From: Tachypleus tridentatus
Taxonomy: Eukaryota
Assembly (NCBI RefSeq): GCF_004210375.1
Contig: NC_134837.1
Coordinates: forward strand, 230,505,567 to 230,569,566
Length of the DNA: 64,000 bases
Reading direction: 5' to 3'
Shown: piece by piece, positions 1 to 14,117 of the stretch
Layout of the letters: the number at the start of each line of letters is the position of its first letter
Position numbering within the stretch: the stretch's first letter is position 1
Program-made: the position numbers and the translations under genes
Notes under the pieces: model-generated
Database searches by the model: none
Seen by the model: the letters and a program-made list of their open reading frames with translations, nothing else
What the model was told of the DNA's origin: nothing

Positions 1-654
1 ATGTTCTGAGATACAAACCTCATATTGCATCTGCTGTCGACTAAAAATTGGTTGTTTTAAGTAAAAATGTAGTAGAAAGTTTTATTTTTCTCCATGAGAG
101 AATTGCAATAAACATAAGATACAAATGGTCTTCTGTCCGAATCTGAATTAGGTCTCTATAAGTTTTTAGAGTAAATAACCTTCATATCATGAACAGAGAC
201 CAAGAAGATAACTTTAATAACCAGTTTTTGCCAAATGATGTTTACTAGATTACCACTTACTAACTTCTGAATGTAATAAAATACCATTGCAAGTGATTGG
301 CAAGTTGTGTACTTCGTTCTTAAACTGAACATTAAAAGCTTTTAGCTAAAGGGTTTATCTATTTTTAAGACGTAGGAATATTTATTTGTGAATACTTTCT
401 GTAGGTAGTACACACTGATCAAAATATTAAATACCCCTAGTAACATGCTAAACTGTTTCTCACTTCGTGTTCATAAAAAGTAAGTATTACACTCAAGAAA
501 AATAAATCTACCATAGGTTTAGAAATACACGTGGTGAACTGCTTGAGCATTATTTTTTGTTATAATGGAAAATGAAAGATACATATCAAGATTTGACTGA
601 AATATTATTGTTGGGATCAGGTTGCACTGTGCAATACTTAATTATGAGGATGAT

Positions 655-924
655 TGTTTGTTTTTTAAATTTAGCGCAAAGCTACTCAAGGGCAATATGC
701 GCTAGCCATCCCTAATTTAGCAGTGTAAGACTATAGGGAAGACAGCTAGTCATCACCACCCACCGCTAACTCTTGGACTATTCTTTATCAACGAATAGTG
801 GGTTTGATCATATTATAATGCTTCCATGGCTGAAGGGGCGAGCATGTTTGGTGCGAGGGGTTTTGAACCCTCGGCCCTCAGATTTTGAGTCGAACGTCTT
901 AACCCACCTGGTCATACCGAGCCT
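655..924 (-). mobile_element. SINE family 1: a ~270-bp tRNA-derived SINE whose tRNA-like head lies at the high-coordinate end of this copy.
   Basis: …ttagcgcaaagctactcaagggcaatatgcgctagcc… … ggttttgaaccctcggccctcagattttgagtcgaacgtcttaacccacctggtcataccgagcc. Confidence 0.85.
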
Positions 925-2180
925 TTATGAGGATGATTAAGTTAACTAGCAAATAAAAATATCACTGTCACAAGTCAAAATATAAGAAACTTTGTGTAAT
1001 AAGGGAAAGTGTATTCAGAAAAAAAGGAGACCTACTGAATAAGGATAGGAAGCAAATAATGATGACCTTTTGAACTAACAGACATTCTATTGTGTATGAA
1101 AAACTTGATAGTAAATTAAACCGTTCTTTTCCACCGCAGAAAATGAATAAAATATAATTTCGTAAGCAGTTGTCTTTATATAATCTATTCAGTTCTCCAA
1201 ACTATTGAAGTAATCATCTTCCGTATTGTCCAGAACACTTGGATTAAACTTATACCCAATGGAACTGCGTAATATGGTCAGACGGATAAAGCATCATGTT
1301 TTTCTTCAATAATGAAAGGGTTAAAGTATGGTGACAATCCAGTGAAGTCATGGACTTATTTTTCATATTCTACACTGTACAAGGTTCTTTATGCAGTGTA
1401 GTATTTACATGACATGGTATAAGTCCCCTTCTTTCTTTGAATGGTCATATTTCCGGTTATAAACATTCGATCACCATAGCTAACCAGATACACCCAACCA
1501 TACTTTTCTAACCAAACACAGATGGTTATTTCCAGAATGAGAAAGCCACCAGCTATAGAGTTAAAATCGGGTTTTGTATGCAGACTTCTAACAGCTATTC
1601 TGGTCTGTACAGATCCTTTATCTCAATCATACTGAGAAAATTTTGTATAATGATCTATAACAGGGGTGGCCAAACTTGCTTAACGTATGAGCCGCATACG
1701 ATAAACTTCAGATGTTTGAGAGCCACAAGACATAAACAAATATTACACACACGTTTTTATTGTCACATGTACATACTAATATTTATTCGTGTATGTAGTT
1801 TTTAAACTGTTAATATGTATTAGTTTCAATAATCACAAAGTACACATATATATACCAAATGTTTTTAAAATCCTGACTGATTATTGTTTTAACTATATCG
1901 AGCGTATTTAATACGGTAATGAACTACGGAAACATCTAAAATAAATATGCAAATTTTCATCTCATCAAGTGAGACTGATAAAAATAAAGGGGTTAAAAAC
2001 AGATATTTTTAATGATATTTATTTGTCTTAGTAAATATCTGGCCAAAATACGGAGGGAAACATGTAAAACAATAAAATTAAATGTATTTTAATCAGATAC
2101 CGCCTTACAGAAATTTTAGTCTTATCATAATATTTTTATAATACAAACAGACACTAATACAATTATTAGACTATTTACTA

Positions 2181-4038
2181 CTAGTAGAGGTCTTGTGAGT
2201 TTCCATCTTGGTTGTGAGTCGTTGAAATTTCAGCTGATATGTTGTCATGGCTGGATAAATTAACTTCGTCAGGCGTTGTTTGGTAAGGACTGCACGATGC
2301 TTCGAATTCAAACTTCATTACAGAGTACAGTGATTCACAGCGATATGTTGTGCTGAAAACTGAGATGAGTCGCACACTGGTTTTCTTCAATTCGGGATAT
2401 TTTATTTCTGAAACTTGCTTCCAGAACTCAGTTGTAGAATGGGATTTATGGATCATCTTTAGACCCAGGTCCTCCTATAGTTCTATTGATTCCATTTCCC
2501 CGGCTGATGATTCTGTAACCAGAGATTCAAGAATTGGACAACCATTATTGATCACATCAACCAGGAACGGATTTACAAGAAAGACGAAGCAGGTCTTCAT
2601 CTTCTGCAAGTCCTCAAACCTGGATAGGAACTTATCAAGCAGTTCTTGTAATTTATCTTTGTATTCTTCCAGTTTGTGGTCTTTTATTTCAATACCAGGG
2701 AATGTATTCACTCTCCTTTTGAGATTGGGAAAGTAACTGAAGTTTCTTGACAATATGTCTCTTTGAAAAAGTCTTATTTTATTCTGAAAGCTGAAACTTG
2801 TTGGAGTAAAATCGGAAGCAATCTTATCCTTCCCCTGGAGTGCGAAGTTGAGAGTTTGTAGATGATTCATTATATCAGTAAGGAACATTAGATCTTGCAT
2901 CCATTCATCATTTCCCAGTTGAGGATAGAATATTTTCTTTTCTTCAAGAAAAGTAATAATAGGCTTCAACAGATCCACAGACCTATTTAAGACATTGCTG
3001 GTAAACAGCCACCTCACAATGCAGTAGAAAGAGACATCACTTGGTTTATCTTCAAGCTCCAGTTCTTTAAAAAATTTTTGAACTATTAATGGGTTTTCCC
3101 ACTCTGCATATGAAATTGATAATTTCAAGAATAAATTTAATAACATCTTCATACTTGAAGTATTTGACTGCCAGGTGTTCACGATGAAAAATGCAATGAA
3201 TAGGGAGAAACTGCGGAAAGCTGGGCTCAGTTTTCATAAGTGCAATTAATCCCGCATTTTCCCCATTGTTACAGATGCTCCATTTGTTGCAACACTGACG
3301 AGTTTATCCAGTAGAATATCAGCATTTGTTAAGGCTCTGTCAAGCACATTTTTAATGTTAACACCATGAGTTGTTTTTTTCAGTGCCACTCAGTCCAACA
3401 TCCATTCTTTCACAGTTATATCGGAGAAAACATAACGAACAATTACCACCAGTTGTAGATTGTCTTGTATGTCTGTAAATTTGTCAAGGGCTAAGCTGAA
3501 TGCAAGAGAATTATTTAAATCATTTTGCCTACAACATCAGACTGATCTTGGAGATACGTCTTTTTGTAGTGTGGCGTGAAGCTGGTGTTTGTACTATTAG
3601 CCGCTGAAGTGTTGTGTGTTATTTGGATCTAACATTGCAACAACTTCAGCAATATTCTTCTTAACAAATTCACCATCAGGATACTGGCTTTTAGCACGAA
3701 CAATATTCCATGATATAACAAAACTAGCTTCAGTTGTTGTATCAACTTCCTCACTGAATCTTGTCAAGAGTGTCCGTTGGCTATTTAGTGATGTATTTTA
3801 ACACAATTAACTTGTTTTTCCGTAATTCTTATTTAGGTGGATAATCAGACTAAAAGTTTATGTGACTTGTTTCATAGTGGCGTTTCAAGTTACTAGCTTT
3901 GTAATGACCGAGTAACACATTGCAGATAAGACACAAAGGTTTACCTTCTCTAACGGTGAATACAAAATCTTCCTCCCACTCTGGCTTGAAATTTCTGTTT
4001 TCATCTTCATACGTTTGCTCTTTACAATTTGATGACAT
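2181..4038 (-). pseudogene. hAT-superfamily (Buster/Charlie-like, ZBED5/GTF2IRD2-like) transposase pseudogene. It keeps the N-terminal zinc finger, a DDE/RNase-H-like core with stops, and the C-terminal hAT dimerisation region.
   Basis: ORF 3850..4038 minus: FKPEWEEDFVF…PLCLICNVLL…KASNLKRHYETSH. The core 3182..3850 carries in-frame stops and shows ALDKFTD, QLVVIVRYV and GVNIKNVLD. ORF 2475..3182: …LFQRDILSRNFSYFPNLK. ORF 2181..2456: C-terminal tail. Confidence 0.7.
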
Positions 4039-4396
4039 TTTCCTTCACGAAATTTTCACAGACATTTGTAAAAATTAAAATTAACAATAAGGCCCAACAA
4101 TCGCAACGCCACCAAACTGTACAGCGTCCAGTATCACACTAACACTCCACTATTTCACTGCCCACAACATAGCCACAATCACGTCGATCGCAAGCTACGT
4201 CCATTAAAACTAACATTGTCAGTACCGGCTTGTATGATTACTGATTCTCCAGCACAATTCCTTGTTGATCTGAAATTTATTTAATCCCTAACTCAAATCT
4301 AGCATTAAAATTAGGATTTAAGTTATTAAATATATTTACTCACCATTAACAGTAAACTTGTGTTTTAATCCAATGGACTCTCAGTTTATACCCGGC

Positions 4397-4520
4397 ACCC
4401 CCCACTAGTACAGCGGTATATCTCCGGATTTACAACGCTAAAATTAGGGGTTCAATCCCCCTCGGTAGGCTCAGCAGATATCCCGATGTGGCTTTGCCAT
4501 AAGAAAACGCAACACACAAC
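4397..4520 (+). mobile_element. SINE family 2a: a ~120-bp tRNA-like element with the tail …cagcagatatcccgatgtggctttgccataagaaaa.
   Basis: ccccactagtacagcggtatatctccggatttacaacgctaaaattaggggttcaatccccctcgg…. Confidence 0.8.
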
Positions 4521-5043
4521 TTATACGCGGTAAATAGTTATAAAGCTTGAAGATATTTTATTTACCTTTTATATTAAATGTGATAAAAGGGAGCTCAAAA
4601 ATTAGAGGAAGCGTAGGTTGACTACTTTTATCCTCAATAACTGTTTAGATGAAATAATTATAAATAAAATGAAAATCCAATATAATAAAAAATAGCTTAT
4701 TCAACTGAACTATGTACGCAAAGCCTTATGGATAGACTTTAGGCCTAGACCCAATATAAACTTAATTTCCCTTTATTCAATTAGGAGAAGATTTTAGGTC
4801 TAGGATTTACATAAACCTAACTAGCTCTGAAAACTTACAAATATTTTAAAACGATTACTTTTATAAAATTAACTGTGTTCAGTCTAGAAAGTATTCATAC
4901 TAATAAAGTTTACAGATTGTGCTAAAGTAACTGGATTTTCCCATTGAATTGTATGTTTAGTTTCACATTAAAGGTGAAATCGTAATATCACTGTTTGTAA
5001 CATTTTTTTATGTTCCTTAATTCAAAATTTTCATTTTGTTCTA

Positions 5044-5178
5044 GTCTGTCCGATGTAAGCTATTTTACATTCACATGATGGTTTATATATCAAATTTTTC
5101 CATTAAATCAATTTTATCGTTAATTGTGTATAGAAAATATCACGTGAATGTAAAATAGCTAACACTGGACAGAAAGAC
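5044..5178. repeat. Inverted repeat forming a hairpin: ~36-bp arms separated by a ~60-bp AT-rich loop. It looks like a MITE or foldback element.
   Basis: Left arm gtctgtccgatgtaagctattttacattcacatgat. Right arm atcacgtgaatgtaaaatagctaacactggacagaaagac, about 85% complementary. Flanking direct motifs ttaggtctagg / aactagctct lie at 4793-4829 and 5178-5220. Confidence 0.6.
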
Positions 5179-8100
5179 TTAACTAGCTCTACTCAGTTAT
5201 TGAAATACTTTAGGTCTAGGCCTTGTATATCAGCCTAACAACGCTCAATTCAATTACATTTAGGCCTAAGAATTTTAGCTAAATTTCAAAGTTGGAGCTT
5301 ACGTCAGCGGAAACAAAATACACACTTAATGGTAATTATATGATTGATTCTAAATCGAGTTTTATCTTAGTTTATTTTTTAATTGTATAGTTTACAACAA
5401 TATGCATACTGGCCCAAAATGTGTGTTAGATTATTACTATTACAAAACAAGTTTGTAATGTTAAAATTCGTAGCATAATGTTTGTTTTTGAATTTTGCAC
5501 AAAACTACACGAGGGCTGTCATAGGACTGACACAAATGAACCTGAATGTTAATTTTTAAGTTCAAGATCACCGAAGATTTATTCATGAGTGTCTGTATTC
5601 AAGTGTATATGTTCACTGTACAAGAGATGATATGGAGGAAAAGTTTCACTATTTGTTATGCTGGTTGAATTCTTGGATGAAATGGCTCAGCCAAAGGAAA
5701 GCTTGTAGAACTTATCTCACTCTGAAGAGATTTTTCATAAAATCATCATATATGAGAAATACAACCCTGCACATATAAATAATAATGCCATCCTATTTTA
5801 TATATGTAATTTAATTTCAGCAATGAGATTTTTAAACCTAAGATAGTTTTTTTCCAACCTACCACAATACCAATCCAGAAGTTTTCCTGTTTACTAATTT
5901 TTATCCCATTATGACTCCTTTCCTTTACTATGCTATGCATTGTGGTTAAATTTCAAAGTGTAGTTGCTGTGTATCTTGTGTAGAATATGCTAATCTTGAT
6001 AATATAGCAAACTGTTTTCTTATGTAATAAAACCTCACATGGTAAATTTAAAATCAACGTTGATCAGTCTCTGGGTACAAGTGGATCAGAGTCTGCACAT
6101 CACAACCCTTTTACATGAAAGTTAATTAAACAATTTTGTTTTTAATACATTTGAGTCAAAAATGTAATTTTGTAACTTATTTTAGCATTACATAAATTTT
6201 GACTTATTTGAAAAATAAATAAATTATTAATTTTCAAATTTCAAAGGAAAATAAATTAATTCTTAGTCTTCACTTTTCTGTATCAAATGATGCTTCTTTG
6301 CTTTCTTCTGCCCATAATAGCAGTTTGTCAGAAATTACACACTTGTAATGAAGACATTGCTATGTGACAATGTAAATTAATAGTATCTGAGCTTCTTCCT
6401 TGATCGTGAAAAGAACAAGAAAGTGTAATCCATATTCCATGTCCATCCTGTCTTTCAAAAATTTGTATATGATATAATTATAGGATAGTTAATTAATCAG
6501 ATATATTTATTAGTTTTCATACAGTATATTCTAGACAATATGTTTGTGGTTTTTCTCAAATTCATGTTTAAAATCAACGTGAATTATTTTTTTCTGGATG
6601 ACAAAAACAGTGAGAAAACAGGGTTAGGTAAGCAGGTACTAGATAGTAATGTTGTCTACAGGAAAATTCTAAATTTCTCTCATTTTTATCTGTATTATTT
6701 ATTTATTGTTATTTACTTTTGTGAAAAGTACTTGATATGTAAAAATTTAAAACTTGTTTGGTTAAATGAATGAGAAACATTTTTTTCACACTCAGTAATT
6801 TAGGTATTTTCACCTTGCAAAAGCAGTTTTGAAAAGTTAATTGACATCTAAAACTATTTAAATATAAATAACTACTTATCTATTATACTCATTCTACTAA
6901 AAGAAATGTTTTTTTATATTATGTGATATTTTACAACTTATGGTTTTACTACAATGTAACATTAGTATAGGTGACAGATAGAAGATAGTGTTATGAAAAT
7001 GACAATTCTTGTCATTCATTTAAGAGGTTCCAGTTGTTAAGAGTATTTTTATGCTGAGCACCAACATTCCCATCCAATCGGCTTAGTGACGATTTTTACA
7101 TTCAGATAAATCTTTAATAAAAATAATTCACCAGAAAATTTTATTGTTTCTGCACATTTAACTTTAACTGTTTAATTTAGCACATTCATATTTACAGTTA
7201 TGGTTGCAAGACAGTTTAAAATGACCAAACCTATATACTTAGAGTTAATCTAATATTTTTTAATTAAGATTCCTTTGTCATCTAAACTTTAATTTTACTA
7301 ATTTTGCATAATATATATCAAGACAATAAACCTGCATAATGACAACAAAACAGTAGTCATTTATGAATAAAAAAATTCTTGAACTATTGATGTTGTTAGG
7401 CACAACTAGGCTATCTCATATGAAGCTTGAAAAAAAAAGTTTGTGAACTTACTTATCTCTATTTAAAAAGTGATTTAGTATGAACTATTCTTTAGAATAA
7501 GAAAGAATATATTTGTTTTATCTAATCAGTTTAAAATTAATATAAAATATAGTTGGTAACTTTTTTCAGTTTTTCACAGTGTAATTTAGATTCATTGTTT
7601 CAAGATGTGTAATTTAAAGACTAATAAAATTTTTTGTATCAGCATCAAGCCATAAGACCTTGTTACACAAGTTGTCGTTAATTTATTTAATTTATGTTGT
7701 AAGATACAAGGACTAACAGAGAATCACACTTTTATTGGATCATTATAGAAATGTTTCTTTTGAGATATTGAATGATGCACCATGATTGGACAGCTTGGTT
7801 TCTGGTATTTCAGTTTTATGCTAGAATAAATGCATGTTTTTTGTAGACGATACATTCAACAAAGTTTAAACAATGAATGCGTGTATTTAATTGCATTTAT
7901 TTGTGTAACATGTAGCAATAATGATGACTTACTCTTGTTCTGACTAAAACAGATTGTGTTGCTAATAGATAAATAAATAAATGTGAAAACGAAATTACAA
8001 GATACTTATTAGAATGGAAGGTTTGATTTGGTATTTGCTATTGGTTTATTTGCAAGGTCACTCCATGTAATTTGTGTTAACAAATTTTTACCATCACGCT

Positions 8101-9132
8101 ACCAGTAGTAGTACATATCGTTAAGCTACCACAAATTTCATCTGAAAAGAAATAATACATATATTAATCAAGATTTGTACACATACATATTAACATTATT
8201 ATTATCATATTATTCTATGATACACCAGGAAAACTGGTGAAGGGCTTAATTACCGCATATGAACACAGGTGGTAGCATAGACATTTTGTTTGTTAATAGA
8301 ATTTTTCACGAAACTTTCAATTATAAAAACTTAACACTTGTCTTTGTCCAGTAAATTTTTGGATTACGTTTTACTGTAGCCACCAGTTTTATCCAGCTGG
8401 TGTTAGTGACTTATGCTAAAGCTTGATTATACAGAGGGGAAATATATTAATCACATAAAATAATATTTCAATGTCTTATTTTATAATGTGTTAAAACCTG
8501 GCTACATCGTTCATTATTACATAAAATTGCTGACTTATAAATGTTTCATATTTTATAACAATATTTAATTCGGGAAATTAGCTTATAAAACTAATAAAAT
8601 TAGGGTTTAGAGAAAATATCTATTATTCACACATATTCAAGGACATGTTAGGACCATCTAATACTAGCAGAAATACTAGTCTACAATGTTTGCTAGCATT
8701 AGTAGCAATAAAGCTACGTTGAACACAAAATATTTTGTATTACAAAGATACATGTAATTTAATAACTGCATGATGAAAGAACTAAAATATTTAAAGAAAA
8801 CAAACTCCGACTTATCAAATTCAGATATACCTTGGAGTCAGACGTTTACTAAAAGCGACATCTCCGAAAAATAAGATTGGATACACGACTTATCTTGCGA
8901 ACTTCAGCGATTGTTTCAAATACGTCAAGTAAATATTAACAATAAGAAAACGAATTTACACAATACAAAGTTTAAATTTGGAATGTTTCTGTTTCGCTCG
9001 CTGTAAATATTTTAATATAATTAATTTATTTAAATAATATCACTGCTTCAAATGTTTACAAATATTAAAATTATCTATGGTATATCACAAAATAATGGAA
9101 GTTAATGTGAGCTTGTTACGATAAGCTAAGCC

Positions 9133-9255
9133 TAAGTGTGAGCGCCAAACTACTCAATGGATTATTTGTGCTGTGCCTACCAAGAGTATCGAAACCTGAA
9201 TTTTAGCGTTATAAATCTATAGACTTTGCGCAACGCAACTGGGGAACCTAATCAC
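9133..9255 (-). mobile_element. Family-2-like tRNA-derived SINE in reverse orientation with a variant tail.
   Basis: The reverse complement reads …cccagttgcgttgcgcaaagtctatagatttataacgctaaaattcaggtttcgatactcttggtaggcacagcacaaataatccattgagtagtttggcgc. Confidence 0.6.
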
Positions 9256-9621
9256 TATATAGTAATGAAAATGATAATAAAGACAGAAATTTAATAATTA
9301 GTTAATTTCTTAACAAAATATAAAATGTTGTTATTGCGTAGGAGTTTTAATATAATAAATACCTTTTTGCACGAGATTACGAAGACAAATATGCTTTACA
9401 TAAAACTACTAGATAGCAAGCAAGTTTTAAAATCTGAGATAGAAAATCATTAAGAAAATGTTAGCGAGGCATTTTTCTAATTTCGTAAATGTAACTCTTT
9501 GCATACTCTTTCTAAAATGCATGTATATATTATATTATTTCAAGATTAATTTCATTTAATAAGTTTTTAAACCAAACTGTAGTTAATAAGATCTCGTATT
9601 TCTAAGGGTTAACATAACTTT

Positions 9622-9890
9622 TTGTTTTGGAATTTCGCGCAAAGCTACTCGAGGGCTATCTGTGCTAGCCGTCCCTAATTTAGCAGTGTAAGACTAGAGG
9701 GAAGGCAGCTAGTCATCACCACCCACCGCCAACTCTTGGGCTACTCTTTTACCAACGAATAGTGGGATTGACCGTCACATTATAACGCCCCCACGGCTGG
9801 GAGGGCGAGCATGTTTAGCGCGACGCGGGCGCGAACCCGCGACCCTCAGATTACGAGTCGCACGCCTTACGCGCTTGGCCATGCCGGGCC
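9622..9890 (-). mobile_element. SINE family 1 copy.
   Basis: Matches the consensus tttgaatttcgcgcaaagctactcgagggctatctg…ccgggcc. Confidence 0.9.
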
Positions 9891-10129
9891 ATTAACATAA
9901 CAAAATGTGTAATTTACTACAAAATTATATTTCATATCAAGTTAGATTTAAAGTGTGTATAAAGGCTTTCTGAGTATTTTGCAATTTTTCTTTGAATCAA
10001 AACTATAAATAAACTCTAAAAAAATGAATATACTGCATAAAGAATTGAGATGAAACTTATTCTTTTCCAAATACTTTTGAAAGCACAAGTTATTTTTTAT
10101 ATAAGTTTATTTATATATCTTTGTTCGTT

Positions 10130-10200
10130 CCCCTCTGTGGATTCAGCAGGTAGCCCAATATGGCTTTGCTATAAAAAACAACAACAACACACACACACAA
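10130..10200 (+). mobile_element. SINE family 2a, 3' fragment.
   Basis: ccctctgtggattcagcaggtagcccaatatggctttgctataaaaaac. Confidence 0.55.
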
Positions 10201-10558
10201 ACTATATATCTTAACCATAGGTTGTTACAATAGAAAACGATCACTTTTACATAAAATATAGCATCTAGCAAGCACAAAGAGTAAGACAGATGTTGATAAT
10301 GTATTATCAAGCCTCATCGCGCACAGATTAATCTCTGATCAGTATGTGCAAATTTATTATTACTCTAAGCTGATAAAAGAGTAAATATCTCTAATATTCC
10401 AGATCTACAAATTACATTTGTAAAGTATACATCTTTAAATTAATAGCTAGTAAAATTTTACAATTTACAGAGATGATTGAATTTAAGAATCACTTTCGTT
10501 TTAGTTACGTAATTTATACTCCTCAATCTAGGTTGTAGCATGTCTAATTTCAGTAACT

Positions 10559-10835
10559 GTTATAATGGCCAGGTGGTTAAGGCGCTAGACTCACAATTTT
10601 AGGGTGGCGTGTTCGAATTCCCGTCATACCAAAAATGCACGCTTTTTCAAGCGTAGAGGAATAATGATGTGACGGTCAATTCCACTATTCGTTGGTAAAA
10701 AAAAGTATCACAGTTCAAGATTTGGTGGTGAGTAGTGATGACTAGGTGCCTTTCCCCTAGTCTTACAAAACTAAATTAGGGACGGCTAGAGCAGATGGCC
10801 CTTGTGTAACATTGCGCGAAATTCAAAACCAACTA
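10559..10835 (+). mobile_element. SINE family 1 copy in the opposite orientation, with its tRNA-like head at the 5' end on the plus strand.
   Basis: aatggccaggtggttaaggcgctagactcacaattttagggtggcgtgttcgaattcccgtcatacc … gcgcgaaattcaaaacc. Confidence 0.9.
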
Positions 10836-11059
10836 ATAGTGTTTTCTTTATGAACTCAACCATATTCATTTATCTCACGTGAATTGGTTTTTATTTCAAG
10901 AAATTAGTGTCCATAAAATATTTTATCAATGAACAATTCCAAGTATACTTTTCTGTTTGTGATATGCAGGTATTTTAGAAACAAAGTAAAAAAGTAAAAT
11001 ATGCTAAAGCACATATTGTAGTATTAGAATTAACAGGCATTGGTGGGATTCTGTGGTAA

Positions 11060-12100
11060 GGAACATTATTTAGAAGTATATTGCAATAAAAATTGTGAGT
11101 GGTAAAGGTTAAGAGGAGGTTCATCGGGCTCAGTGTACAAACTCTGAACTGTGAAAGTACAGAGAGTTTTCATGCAGAACCAAATACCCAAATAGTAAAT
11201 GGGGTCCAGCATCTTTAAAGCCGAGGTCCTGGCAAATCTAGTTTGAACGGACTGAGGGTACGATAGATCTTGAGAATATAACATTGATCCACTCCCAAGA
11301 GGTTGTTGAAAAGACACAGAGGATTTTTATTCACTCTTACACTTGACACGTAACTGCTTGATTGAGGAATGAAAGTAAGCTTATGTTCAAAGATAAGCCT
11401 AAGGGAAGAACAACGTCACTGAGATGGAATTGGGATCTGGGTTTATACTCCATTGGTAGGAAAGATGCATGAAAACAGTTTTGAAGAAACAAGTTATTGT
11501 AGGTAATCTGAAACTACTGCTCAATGAACCTCATGTTCAATGACCAACACGAAATGTGAAAGTCATCGACATAGAGCCCCATGTATAGTGATAGCATTAA
11601 TCTTGATACTGAAAAGTGTGACACTCAAGAGACAGTCCTGAGAGATTCCAAGGTCATGTGGAAGGGAATTGGAAAGTATCGAACCGACATGGACTTGAAA
11701 TCGCCTGTCCAGTAAAAGTTCCAAACAATGATCATGCAACCCATAGGAGTGGAGGTTTTGCAAAATTGCTAACATCAATGAAGTGTCTTAAGCCCTCTCA
11801 TGGTCAAAGAACATGAAAATAAGATATTTCATCTTGAAGAAGGCTTCCCAGATTGATGTCTGAAGTCGAATCAGGTAGTCCACAGTTGAGCGCTATTGAC
11901 GGAACCCACAAAGGGTGGGCGAGAGGAGGTTGTTTGCTTTTAGGAACAACCAAGACAATTATTAATTATCTTCCCTGAGACTCTACAAAGACAGTAGGCT
12001 CAAATTTGATTAATGTAATCGGGAATTTCATTATGTTTAGCTTCTGTTACGGCCCTTGAGAAATACGCTTTGAATTCGCTGAAGGCTGGTGATTAAATTA
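11060..12100 (-). pseudogene. LINE (non-LTR retrotransposon) reverse-transcriptase fragment, degenerate.
   Basis: Minus ORF 11563..11778 contains …HDLGISQDCLLSVTLFSIKINAI (GxPQGSxLSPxLF-like). ORF 11066..11317 contains an …YLGIWFCMKTL… (KYLGV-like) motif. Confidence 0.4.
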
Positions 12101-12380
12101 TTCCATGTCCCATTTCAGAAAGCTGAGGTTTAGTTTCAATATTTACTTTTCAATAGAATCAAACTCATGTCTCCTTTACAAAGGAACGATAACAAGAAGA
12201 CATAGGTCTACACGAATTCCAAAGATACACAATTCTGCTACTAGGAAACCAGCACAATCTTTCAGATAGATAGAAGACAAAACAATTTTCTTTGTTCTAC
12301 TTCTGATAAAATTATGTTAAAGATAAATAATTTCTGGAGAATAAAAAATAGGGCAGAAAAATTGTTGTAAAATTTTTATT

Positions 12381-12505
12381 TGTTTGCTCAGAATTAAGCA
12401 CAAAGCTACACAATGGATTACCTGTACTCGGCCCACCACGGATATCAAATCGCGTTTTTTTAATAGTACGAGTCCGCCGACATACCGCTGTGCCACTGGG
12501 AGGAA
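12381..12505 (-). mobile_element. SINE family 2b copy in reverse orientation.
   Basis: The reverse complement reads cccagtggcacagcggtatgtcggcggactcgtactattaaaaaaacgcgatttgatatccgtggtgggccgagtacaggtaatccattgtgtagctttgtgcttaattc. Confidence 0.8.
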
Positions 12506-12954
12506 TAAAATTTTGAATTTTGTGTTCGTAGGTGGTAATGATTTATATTTTAAACATTAAATTTTGAAAAATAAACTACAAACGTCAAGGTGGAACTTTA
12601 ATACTTGAAATTACATATATAACTATTGATATCTGCTATTTAGAACTACATATTTTATGCATTTCTTGAGTGAAAAATTTTTAATACAAAAATAAAAATT
12701 CAGGGAAATTGCTCAAAATCGTTTTTAATGTTAAAGTAATATTAAAGTGAAACCACATCGTAAAATATCTTCTATGTTATCATAAATATTGGATTAACGA
12801 CAAATTTTAAATATACGTGTTATAGATCTTCACTGAAGAAAATACAGCAAACGTATACGTGTTAATAAGCCCTACAATAAGTAATAATTTTCTACTTAAA
12901 TGGTAAAACCGGAGATAAACAACAGCATAGACATAAAAGAATCAAACGGCACAA

Positions 12955-13140
12955 AACATTCCTTTCAATATTGAAGAGCATTGTACAAGATGGTCGGTTT
13001 GTATTTAAGTGAATAGTAATAATACTTGATAGACAGAAAACTCGACTCTCCTTATAAAGTGTGAGACGAAATTCAGCTTTTGTATTTAGCAATAAATATT
13101 GCCTGTAAGAAATTGGTTTAGAAGATTAACAAGTAATACA
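12955..13140 (+). repeat. ~185-bp segment duplicated at about 97% identity at 14118..14302.
   Basis: cattcctttcaatattgaagagcattgtacaagatggtcggtttgtatttaagtgaatagtaataatac… occurs at both sites. The copies lie 1.16 kb apart with a family-1 SINE between them. Confidence 0.85.
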
Positions 13141-13660
13141 TATTACTTACATGCTCCACCAACAGAAGTTTACAAATGCTACTAATAATTTATATCATGC
13201 ATTGCCCTCCAACAAAATATCCGTTCTACTTACATATTATAAATTTTAGTTACACCGTAAAATATAATCACATAAACTGCAGATTCTTTCAATTTTTACA
13301 TCCCATTTGGTTTTCAAAATCAGAGTAATAAAAATATCTTCTAAAGTCTATATTTTGTGTTCCACGAGTCACTGAAAACGAGTCTTTTTGTTTATTTGAG
13401 CAATAGAGAAGTCAATATTTCGATAAGAACAATATTCTTTTTGTTTTTTCCAAAAATAATAGCTTTGATTTTATATATATATTTATTGAGTGTAAGTTGA
13501 CAGTGTCTGAACTATAGAAACAAGTGATTTACTGCTATTTATAAAACTTTTTAAGCAGATAGCCATGGTAGTAGTATCATCAGCATTTAGAAAATCTAAA
13601 CTTAACTGAAAAGGCCGTAACGTATCTGAAATATACAGAAAGCAAATGATTGTTTGCTTT

Positions 13661-13926
13661 GTTTTTGAATTTCGCGCAAAGCTACTCGAGAGCTATCTGC
13701 GCTAGCCGTCCATAATTTAGCAGTGTAAGACTAGGGGAAGGCAGATAGTCATCACCACCCACCGCCACCTCTTGGGCTACTTTTTAACTAACGAATAGTG
13801 GGATTGACCGTCACATTATAACGCCCCCACGGCTGAAAAAGGGGGCATGGTGGTGCGATGGGGATGCGAACCCGCGACCCTCAGATTACTAGTCGCACGT
13901 CTTAACCCACCTGGCCATGCCGGGCC
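13661..13926 (-). mobile_element. SINE family 1 copy.
   Basis: Matches the consensus. Confidence 0.9.
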
Positions 13927-14117
13927 ACGAATACAAATGAAAGGTGAAATAAATGAACCTTTTGGAAGACATGCATGTAGGGTAAAAGGTCTTGAGAAAT
14001 TTCCTTCTATACAGAGGACCCTTTGATGTTCATAAATAATGAATTAATAACTCAAACATAAGTAGTATATTGATAGACCACAGTTTGGAAATTAATCTAC
14101 GATGCCAAATGAAATAA

